A stretch of 47,769 nucleotides of DNA from the IMG/VR virus record IMGVR_UViG_3300031673_000090, positions 1-47,769 of that record; one strand, 5' to 3'. Source of the DNA: a virus (taxonomy: Duplodnaviria > Caudoviricetes). This document shows positions 8,508 to 17,643 of this stretch, piece by piece (position 1 is the stretch's first letter; each line of letters starts with the position of its first letter). The translations under genes were made by a program, and so were the position numbers. Below the pieces are notes generated by a model, which was not told the origin of the DNA, did not search any database, and saw only the letters and a list, made by a program, of their open reading frames with translations.

Positions 8508-8705
8508 GTGTTAATGGTATTATTGAAAATGGAAATGAAATATAAAGTTGATTTGGTGATTCAACAAATTAGCAGGAAGTTGATTCTGCTTCAGACTGAA
8601 AGAAAGGCTATCAATAGAAAAGAGATTATTGATAGCATAGTGTTTGATAAAGAAGGTGAGCTATGTCAGTTAAGAGAATTGGTGAGGCTGCCTGAGAGAG
8701 AGTAA
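8508..8705 (+). CDS. hypothetical protein (start uncertain)
   Basis: short ORF filling the gap between neighbours. Confidence 0.4.
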   Translation: MLMVLLKMEMKYKVDLVIQQISRKLILLQTERKAINRKEIIDSIVFDKEGELCQLRELVRLPERE

Positions 8706-8726
8706 TTCAAAATAGGAGAAAGAAAG

Positions 8727-9242
8727 ATGTTATTAGATCTGAGTCAAAGATTTGTTACTATGGAAGGCAAAGTCATTAAGGATATCATAAAAAATGAAAA
8801 TGCTCCAGATACTGTAAGAGCCTTAACTTTGCTTAGAGTCATTACTTTGGCGTTACTGGAGCCAGTGGCAAAACTTTCCGATGATGCCAAGATTACACAT
8901 TTTGAATTGTGTTTGAAAGTTATTGCAAATAAGGCTGGTGCTGTTGAACTCACAGCAGAAGAGGCAGCTTTACTTAAATCATTAATTAAGCCAAAATATG
9001 GGATACTGATTGTTGGTGAAGCGATGAGGATGTTGGAAGGCAAGGTTGTGGGTATTGAAATTGTGGAAGACATTCCTGACAAACAACCTCTCGATGAATA
9101 TTATGATAGTCAAGAACCAGAGTTACCCACTATAGGTTCTCCCGAGGATTCTCCAATAGATCACTCAGAAGAACCCGTAGTAGAGGTGGTTGAGCCTCCA
9201 GTGGAAATAGTAGAGCCAACGGAACCCACAGTAGATAGTTAG
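8727..9242 (+). CDS. phage hypothetical protein, helical domain plus acidic Pro-rich tail
   Basis: AGGAG RBS; VELTAEEAALLKSLI motif seen in small phage proteins near structural genes. Confidence 0.7.
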   Translation: MLLDLSQRFVTMEGKVIKDIIKNENAPDTVRALTLLRVITLALLEPVAKLSDDAKITHFELCLKVIANKAGAVELTAEEAALLKSLIKPKYGILIVGEAMRMLEGKVVGIEIVEDIPDKQPLDEYYDSQEPELPTIGSPEDSPIDHSEEPVVEVVEPPVEIVEPTEPTVDS

Positions 9243-9286
9243 AATAGGACGGATTATGAGCCAAATAGATAAAGGGGGTAATAGCT

Positions 9287-10006
9287 GTGAGTGACCTTGA
9301 TCCAACGAGAGTGATGACTAAATATGTTGACTGGATAAAAAAGGAATTTGAGCCTTTAGAACTGATAGTAGCTCAAGAAGATGATTCTGTAATTGAGCAA
9401 CAAATAGAGAATGCTATCAGATACTGGAATACCCATTCAGCGTTTAAGATTAGTGGTATATATACTTACGCAGCAGGTACTAAAAGGGTTCAACTTGATG
9501 CCGCATTTAAGGGCGTAGTGGATGTCCTTCCTACAAGGAACACTTCGAATTTTTTAGATAATCACCCAGTGTGGACTCTTACGGGAATTACAGTTCTTGA
9601 TAATGTTACCTCTGATTTAATTATGATGTCTGAGGCGTTTAGAAGTTATCGGATATATGTAGGAACAAATTTCCGATTTGCCTACCAAAAATCAGATGAT
9701 CCATTAGTTGGTGGTTATTTGTACTGCGTTAATGTTCCAAATGGAACACACAGCATAATGGTGATTGGCACGAAAAGAATTACAAAGAATGAGGATATAA
9801 CAAATACTTATATCTTGGATTGGATTCTTTATTATGCAAAAGCTTTGGTAAAGCAACAAGAAGGTAACTTGTTAAGGAAGTCGATGATTATTGATACTCC
9901 TCTTGATGGGCAAACTTTAGTGGACGAAGGGAGAGAGGAACAAAAATTGTTGAAAGAGGCTTTGCAGAAAGATGGCAGATGGGTCATATTTATGAAGCGA
10001 AAATAA
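9287..10006 (+). CDS. neck / head-completion protein (T4 gp13-like)
   Basis: WILYYAKALVKQQEGNLLRK..LDGQTLVDEGREEQKLLKEAL resembles the gp13 C-terminus; position after MCP. Confidence 0.8.
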   Translation: MSDLDPTRVMTKYVDWIKKEFEPLELIVAQEDDSVIEQQIENAIRYWNTHSAFKISGIYTYAAGTKRVQLDAAFKGVVDVLPTRNTSNFLDNHPVWTLTGITVLDNVTSDLIMMSEAFRSYRIYVGTNFRFAYQKSDDPLVGGYLYCVNVPNGTHSIMVIGTKRITKNEDITNTYILDWILYYAKALVKQQEGNLLRKSMIIDTPLDGQTLVDEGREEQKLLKEALQKDGRWVIFMKRK

Positions 10007-10017
10007 AGAAGAAATAA

Positions 10018-10045
10018 AAGGCAGAAGTTGGGGAACTCCTGCCTT
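10018..10045. terminator. intergenic hairpin (possible terminator or processing site)
   Basis: AAGGCAG-A-AGTT-GGGG-AACT-C-CTGCCTT; A-rich upstream, no T tract downstream. Confidence 0.4.
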
Positions 10046-10131
10046 AGGGGATGGACGTCCTTGTCGTTTAGGGTATTAAAATTGTTTTACAATATTATTA
10101 TACTGGGTAATATCTGTTCTTAAGGAAATTT

Positions 10132-11208
10132 ATGAAAAAGAATCAAATACGGCTCTTGGAAAGTATGATTGAAATACCCTCACCTTCAGGATACGAAGAA
10201 GAGATAGCGGAATTTATTAAGAACAGATTGTTACAATTTTTGCCAAAGTCTAAAGTTTCAGTAGATTTTCAAAATAACGTATGTGCAGTCATCGAAGGCA
10301 CTTCCAATAAGGTAGTGATGATTGATGCCCATTTAGATCAAGTGGGTTTTGTAGTTACCAATGTTGATAGAAAAGGTTTTATCAGTCTAGTGTACGTCGG
10401 TGGAGGGGACTTATCCATACTAAGTGCAAGAGACTTGGTTATTCTTACGAGTAAAGGACCTGTTAATGCTGTAGTGAATCGAAAACACGCCCACCTAGTA
10501 GAGGACGAAGGTGATGCCAATGTTAATAGTATGATTCAGGCCATAGTTGATATCGGTCCTCGTAGTCGAAATAAGGTATTATCAATAGTAAAGGTGGGTG
10601 ATCCTGTTGTATACAAACCATCATTTTCTCATCTAAGAGAAAGTTTTTATGCCGGTCCTGGTATGGATGATAAGACAGGTTGTTTTGTACTGTTGGAAAC
10701 AATGAGGGCGGTAGCAAAGTCTAAAAAGAAATCTATGCCAACATTGGTTTTTACCTTTTCTGGTCAAGAGGAAGTCTACGGACGCAAACTTCGACCATTG
10801 ATTAAAAAGTATAATCCGGATTTATTTATTGAGGTTGATGTAACCTTTGCTACGGATTGGGAAGATGATGCCGATTTGCAAAGAGAGGTGGGTCTGTGTG
10901 AGTTATGTTCAGGCCCAGTTATTTACCGTGGAGTCGACATTGATAAAGCTTGTTTTAAGCTGATCAGTTCCGTAGCAAGAACTCATAAGATAAAAACACA
11001 AATACAAGCATCAGCGGGATCAATTGGATACACTGCCACAGAGGTGACCAATGAAGGAAAAGGAATCAAAGCCCTAATACTGGGTATTCCATTGAGAAAC
11101 ATGCACACACCTGTGGAGGTTATAAGTATGCGAGACCTCGCGTATACCACCCAACTATTAAAAGAATTCCTATTACACCGGAATATCGGAAAGGTTTTGG
11201 AGAGATAA
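10132..11208 (+). CDS. M42 family (TET-type) metallo-aminopeptidase
   Basis: PSPSGYE, DAHLDQVG, MDDKTG, QEEVYG, EVDVT, RNMHTPVE metal-binding motifs all present. Confidence 0.92.
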   Translation: MKKNQIRLLESMIEIPSPSGYEEEIAEFIKNRLLQFLPKSKVSVDFQNNVCAVIEGTSNKVVMIDAHLDQVGFVVTNVDRKGFISLVYVGGGDLSILSARDLVILTSKGPVNAVVNRKHAHLVEDEGDANVNSMIQAIVDIGPRSRNKVLSIVKVGDPVVYKPSFSHLRESFYAGPGMDDKTGCFVLLETMRAVAKSKKKSMPTLVFTFSGQEEVYGRKLRPLIKKYNPDLFIEVDVTFATDWEDDADLQREVGLCELCSGPVIYRGVDIDKACFKLISSVARTHKIKTQIQASAGSIGYTATEVTNEGKGIKALILGIPLRNMHTPVEVISMRDLAYTTQLLKEFLLHRNIGKVLER

Positions 11209-11258
11209 TAAGGAATTGTTTGTTTAGGATGGTTAAGCAGATAGGGGAATAAAATGAG

Positions 11259-11654
11259 TTGGCCAAAGGTAAACCAAGAGGTCCTCTTACAGAGGAACAT
11301 AAAGCAAATTTAAGTGCTGCTCACACAGGTACACATCAGTCAGAAGAAACCAAAGTCAAGATAGGTGTTGCCAGCATGGGAAATAAGTATGCTTATATAG
11401 AGGATAGAACTCATACAAGCGATACTAATCCTTATCCTTCCAGTTTTAGAGATGCCAATAATGTGGTAAGAGAATTACTTGGTGATAGTTGTGAAGAATG
11501 TGGTAAAACTCCCGCAGAGAATAACCGTCAAATGGATAAGCATCATATAGACGAAGATAAAGAGAATAATGGTATTGAGAACTTTCGATTGATGTGTCAG
11601 TCTTGTCATGCAAAGCTGCATGCTCAATTAAGAAAGAACACAGTAAGAATATAG
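11259..11654 (+). CDS. HNH homing endonuclease with NUMOD3-like DNA-binding motifs
   Basis: TEEHKANLS / HQSEETKVKIG motifs; CEECGK..HHIDEDKENN..N...CQSCHAKLH. Confidence 0.85.
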   Translation: MAKGKPRGPLTEEHKANLSAAHTGTHQSEETKVKIGVASMGNKYAYIEDRTHTSDTNPYPSSFRDANNVVRELLGDSCEECGKTPAENNRQMDKHHIDEDKENNGIENFRLMCQSCHAKLHAQLRKNTVRI

Positions 11655-11723
11655 GTGAGTAACCTAGTTGGGAGAGTACCTGTTTTGCAAGTAGGGGTCA
11701 AGGGTTCAATTCCCTCCCTTTTT
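11653..11723 (+). pseudogene. degenerate tRNA-Ala(TGC)
   Basis: AGGTGAGTAACCTAGTTGGGAGAGTACCTGTTTTGCAAGTAGGGGTCAAGGGTTCAATTCCCT aligns with tRNA-Ala at 3435; D stem and acceptor stem broken. Confidence 0.7.
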
Positions 11724-11778
11724 AATTTATAGGAGCAATATTGTCTGGTGAACAAAATTTAACAGTGAAGGAAAGATA

Positions 11779-12825
11779 ATGCTGGATTTATTTGAAAAAT
11801 TAATTGAAGCTTCTGCTTCTGATATACGAAGAAAGCAAAAGTCTATAAAAAGACTCTTTCCGGACTTTGACGCTAAAACAAAGGGCGTCGAGGACAAAGG
11901 TGGGTTAAAATTAGTTAATCAAAGTGCAAATAGGTGGACATTTAAGATACATTCAGGTACTGATGATAGTCTCTGGTATGATGCCTATCTGAATTTTAAG
12001 GAAGTAAAATCAACACTTGAGCGAATGGTAAAAGATAGAAGACTTTGGGTTTCAGATAAATCTAGGGTTGACTTGCGGAAGTTAGCAAAGCAATTTATGG
12101 ATAAGGTGGATATCCAATTATTCTGCTCCTGCAAAGCATTTCAGTATTGGGGTCCTGCCCATATACTTAGTCTTGACAAATATGATGCGATGGCGGGTGG
12201 TCGGAAAGAGGTTCGTCCACCAAAAGAGCGAAATCCCAAAAAATATGGCATGTTATGCAAGCATTTAGATCGGTTGCTAAAGGTACTTCCGTTTTATTCA
12301 GGTACTGCAGCTCGGTGGATTAATGATTTTTATGCCGAGGATATTAAGAAGTGGGAACAAGAAGCACGAGAAACATTTGGTTGGGCAAAGGCAGTAGGTA
12401 AAGCTTTGGGAAAGAGACGGGAAGAAAAGCCTATCACACCACCTCCAGTTGAACCAGAACCCAAACCAGAATTAGAAGTAGAGCCCGAAGTAGAACCTGA
12501 GGTAGTTCCAAAAGAAGAACCCACTCGGGAACCTAAAGCGGCAAAAATTTCAACTGAGGAACCGGGGATAGCAAAAGGACCACCTCGGGAACCTGGAGTA
12601 TCAAAGAAGAAAGTTAAAGAACCTGGGATAGCAAAGTCAGAACCCGTGGAACCTGGGTTGGCAAAAGAAAAGCCCATTGAAAAGCCCAAAGAGGAGCCAG
12701 AAGAAGAGGAGCCAGAAGAGGAACCCAAAAAGACTGGGAAGACTCCTGGAGGTAAGAAGGACAAGAAAAAGAAACCTGAGTGGAAACCAGATGCTGGAGA
12801 AGGTCCTGAGGAGGATTACTTTTAA
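11779..12825 (+). CDS. SWIM-type zinc-finger protein with P/E/K-rich repeat tail; putative internal head protein
   Basis: CSCKAFQYWG...LCKHL (CxC..CxH); EPG[IVL][AS]K x4; leader MLDLFEKLIE. Confidence 0.75.
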   Translation: MLDLFEKLIEASASDIRRKQKSIKRLFPDFDAKTKGVEDKGGLKLVNQSANRWTFKIHSGTDDSLWYDAYLNFKEVKSTLERMVKDRRLWVSDKSRVDLRKLAKQFMDKVDIQLFCSCKAFQYWGPAHILSLDKYDAMAGGRKEVRPPKERNPKKYGMLCKHLDRLLKVLPFYSGTAARWINDFYAEDIKKWEQEARETFGWAKAVGKALGKRREEKPITPPPVEPEPKPELEVEPEVEPEVVPKEEPTREPKAAKISTEEPGIAKGPPREPGVSKKKVKEPGIAKSEPVEPGLAKEKPIEKPKEEPEEEEPEEEPKKTGKTPGGKKDKKKKPEWKPDAGEGPEEDYF

Positions 12826-13070
12826 TGTTTGACGAACTACTTGAAGATGTTAAAATTTCTGATTTAAATGAAAAGCTTATTGAAAAGCTTGCCGCTCTTG
12901 AGCACGATCAGTGGGCTCATTGGACGAAGTACATGCTGGCTAACATGACTGATGAGAATATAGCCAGATGGAAAGAGCAAATAGATACCCCTTATTCTGA
13001 ACTATCAGAAAAAGAAAAAGACAGTGATAGAGAGTGGGCTCAAAAAGTTTTGGATATAATTGAGGAATAA
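12825..13070 (+). CDS. small RyR-repeat-like protein
   Basis: KLAALEHDQW...PYSELSEKEKDSDR matches the RyR domain pattern (LAxxxHxxW..PYxxLxxxEKxxDR). Confidence 0.6.
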   Translation: MFDELLEDVKISDLNEKLIEKLAALEHDQWAHWTKYMLANMTDENIARWKEQIDTPYSELSEKEKDSDREWAQKVLDIIEE

Positions 13071-13072
13071 CA

Positions 13073-14002
13073 ATGGAAGATTATATGAATATCTGTGATG
13101 AGCTTGCTGAACTGGAGAAGCAGCGGAGATATCGATTACTTGAAGCTACCACAATGGATGCTGTAACTTTTCTGCCTACAAATTTGGGGGCAGTTCGGGC
13201 AGCAGTCAAGAATTTGGCAAAAAAGAAATGGAAATGGGGCCTATCAATTCTTGAGGATGACAATGGTAATAAGGATGTTAGAATTGAAAATGTTCTTAGA
13301 ATAATTGTTCCGAAGGAACATTGGGATGAGTTTCAGGGAATGTTCACAGAAAGCTTAAATGATGACATGGAACTTAATTTACAAGAACTTCTTAATGAAG
13401 CACTTGAGGATGAACTGTCGGATCTTCGAAAAGGATTGAAGCCCTCTTTGGTTAAAATGTATAACGAGCAGAATTTTGAACTTACGGATAAGACCATAAA
13501 AGTTTGGAACAGTGTCTTTGGAATAGATCAGATTATAACAGATAGGAATAAGGTAGCGGTTACATCCGGACATAAGGGTAAAGATATTCAAAAACTGTAT
13601 GGCAAACTTCTCCGAGCTTATGGAGAAGACAAGGGCGGATTAGAAATGCTTTTGGCTGATATAGAAAATGATAGACCATTAGGTGCTTATTCAGAAGTTA
13701 AGAAATTTGATTATCTTTACGGGGATAGAGTAGTTAGTGTACTCCATGATATCACACTAATATTTGAAGCAGTAGTGGATACTGCTCATATGACTTCGGA
13801 ATCTATTTATGTAAGTGACAATGACGTACTTGATGAATTAGAAGATCAATTGACTTCTGTTAAGCGAGTTGGAAATGTTCTGTACCCCGAGAGCGAACGA
13901 TTTGACGTTGGCTTTTTTAGTGCACTTCGTAATATCCTGGAAGATACCACAGAAGAAATGGAAGCAGAGTCTGAAGAGGAATCTGAACAGGAAGACGAAT
14001 AA
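13073..14002 (+). CDS. acidic hypothetical protein; putative internal head protein
   Basis: 309 aa; RLLE-ATT at aa 21-27 mirrors MCP RLFE-ATT. Confidence 0.65.
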   Translation: MEDYMNICDELAELEKQRRYRLLEATTMDAVTFLPTNLGAVRAAVKNLAKKKWKWGLSILEDDNGNKDVRIENVLRIIVPKEHWDEFQGMFTESLNDDMELNLQELLNEALEDELSDLRKGLKPSLVKMYNEQNFELTDKTIKVWNSVFGIDQIITDRNKVAVTSGHKGKDIQKLYGKLLRAYGEDKGGLEMLLADIENDRPLGAYSEVKKFDYLYGDRVVSVLHDITLIFEAVVDTAHMTSESIYVSDNDVLDELEDQLTSVKRVGNVLYPESERFDVGFFSALRNILEDTTEEMEAESEEESEQEDE

Positions 14003-14022
14003 TATTTGTTAGAGGAATATTA

Positions 14023-14481
14023 ATGAATAATACATTGAAGAAAATACGTGAAGCAAAAGATGTTTGTATTTATCAAAAATTACTTAAGGCTTTAGGAACT
14101 TATTCGGCGGATATTCCTGCTACTGGTATTGATGGCTTGTTTGATGCTGTAGCAAAGGGTGGTACAAAGATACTACCCAAGGATAAGAAAGCATTGGAAA
14201 TTCTCTATCACGTACTGGAAAGTGGACTTGCCGCCCGAATTGTACACAAGCTACTAAACTTGAGATTTTCTGACTTGCCTGCTGAATTCAGGCCCATGAT
14301 GAAGAACGGACGAAAAACTCAAGTGGCTCATTGGTCAAGAGACTCGAAAATAAGTGACAGGATTAAGGATTTAGTGAATTGGGACGGTACAGGTAAGGTT
14401 GGCGGTTGGACTGACATTGACGGTGAAAAAGTTACGCTTATCCCCATACTGAAAAAAGAGGAGAAATCACATGCTGTTTAA
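14023..14481 (+). CDS. hypothetical protein; putative internal head protein
   Basis: GAGGA RBS; leader MNNTLKKIRE-A. Confidence 0.65.
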   Translation: MNNTLKKIREAKDVCIYQKLLKALGTYSADIPATGIDGLFDAVAKGGTKILPKDKKALEILYHVLESGLAARIVHKLLNLRFSDLPAEFRPMMKNGRKTQVAHWSRDSKISDRIKDLVNWDGTGKVGGWTDIDGEKVTLIPILKKEEKSHAV

Positions 14482-17236
14482 TGATGAAAATTCAGATGTT
14501 TTAGATTTATTGGCAAAGATGCAAGAGGCCACAACTTCTGAGGTTGATGAAGAGAGGGGCACTTTTAAGAAGGGTGATAAAGTCACATACAACATGTTTG
14601 GAGGAAGTCTCTCCAACGATGATTTTGTTAGAACACTCGGTGTACATGAGCATGCAATAAGAGTCCGTCACGATGGAGCTATTGCAGAAATCGTAGAGGC
14701 TATGGGTGAAGAAGTAGCTCGGTACAGCATACAATTTACTGATGGTTTCATTATTAATGACGTTGCTGTCAGTGAAGTTAAGGCCATAACTGAAGCAGAG
14801 GATGCCACCCAGACTATGAAACCCCAGGAGAAACCTGCTCTTGATGCTGAAGATGCCAATATGGAGGATTACAGCGAAGAGGACCTTAACAAGCCAGAAG
14901 CTAAAATTAAAAGCAAGTCTGAAAAATCTGGGGATGCCATTAGGGGTGTTGAGGATAAGGAACTTGAGCAGAAAGAAGATAAGGTAGAAAAGCCTAAGAA
15001 TGAATCTAAAGTTGATGAATCTGTTCAAACAGATATAAAACGATATAAGGATCAACTTGAACGTAAAGCTAAAAAATCTGGTCTTTGGGAGAACTTTGGT
15101 CAAAAACAAGTTGGGTTACTGGAGGATAAGTATTCAGATCATCAATATAAACATGATGGTATTTGGGATGCTATTCGAGTTTTTGATAAATGGTGCCAGT
15201 CTTATACTGGGAAGAATGAATCTAAGGTTGAAGAAGCGGAACGCAAGGATCATATCCCCGGTGGACAAGGTGATAAGAAAGTTGCTTCAGATTTTAATGC
15301 CGAGCAAGTTAAGATTGGTACTAAAATTGAGATGGAACACACTGATGACCCAGTTATTGCTGGCGAAATAGTGTTGGATCACTTGAAGGAAGATCCTGAG
15401 TATTACACAAAGTTAGTACGAATGGAAGCCGGTGCCTGTGACACGCCTAAGAAAGAATCCAAAGTAGCAGAAGGTGAAATGGAAGTGGCTCCTTCTAAAG
15501 TGGGGATAAAGAAAATCTCTGATGAAAACTTGAAAAAATTACACGATGGTTCTATGCGTTCATGGAATCAGTGGAAAGATTCCACACAGCCTGAGAACGG
15601 AAAATTGGCTGCTCAGGCAATTAAGCAATATGAAGATGAAATGATAGTCCGAGGACTCAAGTCAGAGGATCAAAGGACCACTGGTAAATTTATGGCTGAG
15701 TCAGCTCTGTTTACCTTATTGAAGAAACAAGAACCCCTTCGGTTATGTAATGAATGCTTTAAGACTTTCCGAAGTACCGGAAGTTGCTGTGAGTTTTGTG
15801 CCAGTCCAGATACAGAATCTTTGGTAGAAGGATACGGAGATCTCGTGGGTTCCGCTAAAGAAGTATTTCAAGTTACCTGGGATGATGCTAAAACTGGAAA
15901 AGAGGAGTCAACAAGGGTGATGGCCTTTGATAAAGACGATGCCAAGCGAGAAATGGAAAGGAACCCCAACAAGAAGGTTACCAAAGTTGAAGGTCCAATT
16001 GTTTCCAAGTCTAAAGATGAATCTGCTGTATCAGAAGATTATACTGAAGTACATCCTGGAAAATATTTGGTAATGTACTACGATGGATATAAGGAAGAGA
16101 TATCTGCTCAATCAAAAGTTGATGCTATGAAAAAGGGTCGGGAAAACTACCCGGAAAAAAGAATTTCTAACGTGAGGTTATTAGAACAGGAAAATAAATC
16201 CCCTTTTGATCATACTTCGGAAGGATCCGAACTCCAAGAAGCTGTTTTAGAACTTGTTGGAGAAACGCCTGGTATTGACATTGAAGATCAGAAAATTTTG
16301 AGATGGGCTCTTGAGCAGAATGCTATATCAAATGAATGGCCTTCAGTGGAACAGATGATTGATGTTGTAACTGAGTTGGATGTTATAGATACTTCCGGTG
16401 CAGATGATCCGGATGGATTGGATCTTGGAGAAATCGAAGCAGTTTATCTCAAGTATGTTTTACTTCCGAAGGCAACTGCAGCTTTTGCAAAATCAGTAAG
16501 CGAATCAGAAGTAACTGAGATGGCACAGGAGGGGATTCCAGTAGCTGGTAAAACGTACCATATCACTCAAACAACTGGATGGCATTGGCCAGAAGGAGAT
16601 TATAAAGTTACTGATGTTCAATATCTTCGGTGTGCTCGTGGTGATTTAGCCAAGCAATTTCAGGTTGAGGGTAATGATAATTGGTGGATAGCCACATTCT
16701 ATCACTTTAAGGAAGCTGATGGAGTTAAGGAAGCTCAGAAGGAAGTTAAACCTTTTAGGACGATAGAGATTGTCAAAAGTAAAATAGATCCAGACGTTTT
16801 TAATATTCGTGTGGTGGAGTTACCACGAGGTATTACTATGATTGTGACCACTGAACCAACTGATAAAATGGCTATAGCAAAGGGTAAGGAAATTGCAAAC
16901 CTTATAAATGCAAAATTCTTGGGGATTGTTGACGAAGCTAAACTCAAGGAGCGGGAAGAAGGGAAACTTCCTTCAAAGTTAATTACTAAATTAACATCCT
17001 TTGCAAAAGAACATGGTATGACACTTGCAGAACTTGGAGAGGTCCCCGCCGAAGAGCTTGATAAGAAAACTGATGAATCCAAAGTTACCGAGCAGGAAGA
17101 AGATACTTTTACAACCGTGGGCAAGGGCATGGAAAAGGAAGACGCGGAGAAACTTGCTCAGGAAAAAGATGGTCAAGTTGTGACCGATGAGGATAATCCA
17201 GAGAAATTTGCCGTGATTACAAAAGGGAAACCATAA
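14471..17236 (+). CDS. 921-aa multi-module protein (includes DUF5661-like module); putative protease-processed polyprotein
   Basis: GTKIEMEH..IVLDHLKEDPEYYTKL (DUF5661-like); repeated ES-x-V-x-E linkers separating small domains. Confidence 0.75.
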   Translation: MLFNDENSDVLDLLAKMQEATTSEVDEERGTFKKGDKVTYNMFGGSLSNDDFVRTLGVHEHAIRVRHDGAIAEIVEAMGEEVARYSIQFTDGFIINDVAVSEVKAITEAEDATQTMKPQEKPALDAEDANMEDYSEEDLNKPEAKIKSKSEKSGDAIRGVEDKELEQKEDKVEKPKNESKVDESVQTDIKRYKDQLERKAKKSGLWENFGQKQVGLLEDKYSDHQYKHDGIWDAIRVFDKWCQSYTGKNESKVEEAERKDHIPGGQGDKKVASDFNAEQVKIGTKIEMEHTDDPVIAGEIVLDHLKEDPEYYTKLVRMEAGACDTPKKESKVAEGEMEVAPSKVGIKKISDENLKKLHDGSMRSWNQWKDSTQPENGKLAAQAIKQYEDEMIVRGLKSEDQRTTGKFMAESALFTLLKKQEPLRLCNECFKTFRSTGSCCEFCASPDTESLVEGYGDLVGSAKEVFQVTWDDAKTGKEESTRVMAFDKDDAKREMERNPNKKVTKVEGPIVSKSKDESAVSEDYTEVHPGKYLVMYYDGYKEEISAQSKVDAMKKGRENYPEKRISNVRLLEQENKSPFDHTSEGSELQEAVLELVGETPGIDIEDQKILRWALEQNAISNEWPSVEQMIDVVTELDVIDTSGADDPDGLDLGEIEAVYLKYVLLPKATAAFAKSVSESEVTEMAQEGIPVAGKTYHITQTTGWHWPEGDYKVTDVQYLRCARGDLAKQFQVEGNDNWWIATFYHFKEADGVKEAQKEVKPFRTIEIVKSKIDPDVFNIRVVELPRGITMIVTTEPTDKMAIAKGKEIANLINAKFLGIVDEAKLKEREEGKLPSKLITKLTSFAKEHGMTLAELGEVPAEELDKKTDESKVTEQEEDTFTTVGKGMEKEDAEKLAQEKDGQVVTDEDNPEKFAVITKGKP

Positions 17237-17643
17237 TGCGTGACATATATGAGAAACTGACTGAGGAAGACGGAGCTTCACCTGAGGACGTTGCTAGTAT
17301 GGACGTAGACCTAGAGCTTCATGTTGATGGCTTGGGCGACGGAGAGGCAGTGTCCGAGCCAGAAAGGGTATCCCTAACCTATCGTATCGAGGTGGAATGG
17401 CGAAGTTGGGGCATTAAGGATATAAATGTAACTCCAATAGGTGAAGTTGAGTTTGAAGTTGAGATAGTTGATGACGTTAATGGTAATTTAATAGATACTA
17501 TTAATGTCAACTTTGATATGGGCGATGTTAAGATACACTGGGTGCAAGGACACAGCTACGTTCCTGAGTCTTTTATGGTTAGAGTAGATAGATCAGGGAA
17601 GTTATTGGAAGCGGAACTTAATTTCTATTTTCAGAGTCAATAA
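17236..17643 (+). CDS. acidic beta-rich hypothetical protein; putative internal head protein
   Basis: TAATG-coupled ORF; leader MRDIYEKLTE. Confidence 0.7.
   Translation: MRDIYEKLTEEDGASPEDVASMDVDLELHVDGLGDGEAVSEPERVSLTYRIEVEWRSWGIKDINVTPIGEVEFEVEIVDDVNGNLIDTINVNFDMGDVKIHWVQGHSYVPESFMVRVDRSGKLLEAELNFYFQSQ

Noticed and set aside
10132-10175. RLLE near the M42 N-terminus as a capsid-targeting leader
   Set aside because: This helix preceding PSPSGYE is a normal part of the M42 fold
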